Shown here: positions 60,301 to 64,000 of the stretch, one piece after another | How the letters are laid out: the number at the start of each line of letters is the position of its first letter | Position numbering within the stretch: position 1 is the stretch's first letter | Assembly (NCBI GenBank): GCA_964016885.1 | Contig: OZ024741.1 | Coordinates: forward strand, 17,794,001 to 17,858,000 | Source: Eledone cirrhosa | Taxonomy: Eukaryota | Length of the DNA stretch: 64,000 bases | Direction: 5' to 3' | The notes under the pieces: generated by a model | Seen by the model: only the letters and a program-made list of their open reading frames with translations | Told to the model about the DNA's origin: nothing | Databases searched by the model: none | Made by a program: the position numbers and the translations under genes

Positions 60301-61855
60301 CTGGAATAGATAATATATAATACTGGGGTAAATAATATAATACTGGGGTAGATAATATATAATACTGGGGTATATATTATAAAACACTGGGGTAGATAAT
60401 ATATAATACTGGGGTAGATAATATAAAACACTGGGGTAGATAATATATAATACTGGGGGAGATAATATATAATACTGGGATAGATAATATATAACACTAG
60501 GGTAGATAATATATAACACTGGGGTAGATAATATATAATACTGGGGTAGATAATATATAATACTGGGGGAAATAATATATAACACTGGGGTAGATAATAT
60601 ATAATACTGGGGTAGATAATATATAATACTGGGGTAGATAATATATCACACTGGGGTAGATAATATATAACACTAGGGTAGATAATATATAACACTGGGA
60701 TAGATAATAAATAACACTGTGGAACATAATATATAACACTTGGGTAGACAATATATAACACTGGGTTAGATAATATATAACACTGGCGGAGATAATATAT
60801 AACACTGGGATAGATAATATATAATACTGGGGTAGATAATATAAAATACTGGGGTAGATAATATATAATACTGGGGTAGATAATATAAAATACTGGGGTA
60901 GATAATATATAACACTGGGGGAGATAATATATAATACTGGTGTAGATAATATATAATACTGGCGTAGATAATATATAACACTGGGGTTGATAATATATAA
61001 TACTGGGGTAGATAATATATAACACTGGGGTAGATAATATATAATACTGGGGGGGGTAGATATTATATAATACTGGGGTAGATAATATATAACATGGGGG
61101 GGGGAGATATTATATAATACTGTGGGAGATATTATATGATACTGGTGTAGAAAATATATAATACTGGGGTAGATAATATATATCACTGGGGAGATATTAT
61201 ATAATACTGGGGGACATAATATATAATACTGGAGTAGATAATATATAACACTGGGGTAGATAAGAAATAACACTGGGGTAGATAATATATAATACTGGAG
61301 TAGATAATATATAACACTGGGGTAGATAAGAAATAACACTGGGGTAGATAATATATAACACTGGGGTAGATAAGAAATAACACTGCGGTAGATGATATAT
61401 AACACTGGGGTAGATAAGAAATAACACTGGGGTAGATAATATATAATACTGGGGTAGATAATATATAATACGGGGTAGATAATATATAACACTGGGGTAG
61501 ATAATATATAACACTGGGGGAGATATTATATAATACTTGGGTAGATATAACACTGGGGGAGATATTATATAACACTGGGGGAGATAATATATAATACTGG
61601 AGTAGATAATATAAAACACTGGGGTAGATAATATATAATACTGGGGTAGATAATATATAATACTGGGGGAGATAATATATAACACTGGGGTAGATAATAT
61701 AAAACACTGGCGTAGATAATATATAATACTGGGGTAGATAATATATAATACTGGGGTAGATAATATAAAATACTGGGGTAGATAATATATAACACTGGGG
61801 GAGATAATATATAATACTGGGGTAGATAATATATAATACGGGGTAGATAATATAT
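33350..61855 (+). repeat. Higher-order tandem duplication, unit ~14.05-14.45 kb (copy 1 ~33350-47800, copy 2 ~47800-61855); boundaries approximate
   Basis: Offsets 14423 (34587/49010), 14046 (37375/51421, 38826/52872), 14075 (42664/56739), 14054 (46244/60298). Confidence 0.85.
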
Positions 61856-64000
61856 AACACTGGGGTAGATAATATATAACAATCGGGGAGATAATATATA
61901 ACACTGGGGTAGATAATATAAAATACTGGGATAGATAATATAAAATACTGGGGTAGATAATATATAATACTGGGGTAGATAATATATAACACTGGGGTAG
62001 ATAATATATAATACTGGTGGAGATAATATATAACACTGTGGTAGATAATATATAATACTGGGGTAGATAATATATAACACTGGGGTAGATAATATACAAT
62101 ATTGGGGTAGATAATATATAACACTGGGATAGATAATATATAATACTTGCGTAGATAATATAAAATACTGGGGTAGATAATATATAAAACCGGGGTAGAT
62201 AATATATAACACTGGGGTAGATAATATATAACATTGGGGTAGATAATATATAACACTGGGGTAGATATTATATAACACTGGGGTAGATAATATATAATAC
62301 TTGGGTAGATAATATAAAATACCGGGGTAGATAATATATAATACTGGGGTAGATAATATATAATACTGGGGTAGGTAATATATAACACTGGGGGAGATAA
62401 TATATAATACTGGGGTAGATAATATATAACACTGGGGGAGATAATATATAATACTGGGGTAGATAATATATAATACTGGGGTAGATAATATATAACACTG
62501 GGGTAGATAATATATAACACTGGGGTAGATAATATATAACACTGGGGTAAATAATATATAACACTGGGTAAGATATTATATAACACTGGGGTAGATAATA
62601 TATAACACTGGGGTACATAATATATAACACAGGGGTAGATAATATATAATACTGGGGTAGAAAATATAAAATACCGGGGTAGATAATATATAATACTGGG
62701 GTAGATAATATATAATACTGGGGTAGGTAATATATAACACTGGGGGAGATAATATATAATACTGGGGTAGATAATATAAAACACTGGGGTAGATAATATA
62801 TAATACTGGGGTAGATAATATATAATACTGGGGTAGATAATATATAATACGGGGTAGATAATATATAACACTGGGGTAGATAATATATAACACTGGGGGA
62901 GATATTATATAATACTTGGGTAGATATAACACTGGGGGAGATATTATATAACACTGGGGGAGATAATATATAATACTGGAGTAGATAATATAAAACACTG
63001 GGGTAGATAATATATAATACTGGGGTAGATAATATATAATACTGGGGGAGATAATATATAACAGTGGGGTAGATAATATAAAACACTGGGGTAGATAATA
63101 TATAATACTGGGGTAGATAATATATAATACTGGGGTAGATAATATAAAATACTGGGGTAGATAATATATAACACTGGGGGAGATAATATATAATACTGGG
63201 GTAGATAATATATAATACGGGGTAGATAATATATAACACTGGGGTAGATAATATATAACAATCGGGGAGATAATATATAACACTGGGGTAGATAATATAA
63301 AATACTGGGATAGATAATATAAAATACTGGGGTAGATAATATATAATACTGGGGTAGATAAAAGATAACACTGGGGTAGATAATATATAATACTGGTGGA
63401 GATAATATATAACACTGTGTTAGATAATATATAATACTGGGGTAGATAATATATAACACTGGGGTAGATAATATACAATATTGGGGTAGATAATATATAA
63501 CACTGGGATAGATAATATATAATACTGGGGTAGATAATATAAAATACTGCGGCAGATAATATATAAAACCGGGGTAGATAATATATAACACTGCGGTAGA
63601 TAATATATAACACTGGGGTAGATAATATATAAGACTGGGGTAGATATTATATAACACTGGGGTAGATAATATATAATACTTGGGTAGATAATATAAAATA
63701 CCGGGGTAGATAATGTATAATACTGGGGTAGATAATATATAATACTGGGGTAGATAATATATAACATTGGGCTAGATAATATATAATACTGGGGTAGATA
63801 ATATATAACACTGGGATAGATAATATATAACACTGGGGTAGATATTATATAACACTGGGGTAGATAAAATATAATACTAGGGTTGATATTATAAAATACT
63901 GCGGTAGATAATATATAATACTGGGGTAGATAATATATAACACTAGGGTAGGTAATATATAACACTGGGGGAGATAATATATAATACTGGGGTAGATAAT

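Larger units (their letters stand above)
13913..64000 (+). repeat. 22-bp satellite DNA array, consensus ACTGGGGTAGATAATATATAA(C/T), roughly 2,270 monomers, open at the right edge
   Basis: Continuous head-to-tail monomers with substitution variants, 17/20/21-bp deletion variants and G-run expansions; I saw no inversion or foreign insertion. Confidence 0.99.

Noticed and set aside
16076-61855. The ~14.05-kb period is about twice 7,027 bp
   Set aside because: The 14-kb offset drifts from ~14.45 to 14.05 kb and its unit does not appear to be two 7-kb halves; probably coincidence.
13874-63965. Many long minus-strand ORFs (up to 695 aa) of repeating VLYIIYPSIIYYLPQYYILSTP
   Set aside because: The reverse complement of the 22-mer has no stop codon and 22 is not a multiple of 3, so all three frames give the same peptide; overlapping ORFs and frequent frameshifts show no coding constraint.
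13913-64000. CRISPR-like array
   Set aside because: Monomers are contiguous with no unique spacers, no cas genes, and the context is eukaryotic.

Overview
Eukaryotic, AT-rich, repeat-dominated window with no recognisable host gene. The SINE family and microsatellite load suggest an octopus/cephalopod genome (inference from recalled SINE consensus, not searched). Bases 1-13.9 kb are a patchwork of microsatellites and decayed retroelements: Penelope-like (PLE) pieces with inverted repeats and minimal hammerhead-ribozyme motifs, RTE-clade LINE 3' fragments, a 5'-truncated CR1-group LINE with a long RT ORF, and several copies of a tRNA-derived SINE. Bases ~13.9-64 kb are one >50-kb satellite of a 22-bp monomer (ACTGGGGTAGATAATATATAAY) with nested tandem duplications (~0.44, 0.9, 2.8, 4, 7.0 and 14 kb). 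The main observation is that the satellite starts inside a SINE, in register with the SINE's internal GGGGTCGAT direct repeat, and its monomer can be rebuilt from that SINE segment. All ORFs called in the satellite and microsatellites are artefacts.
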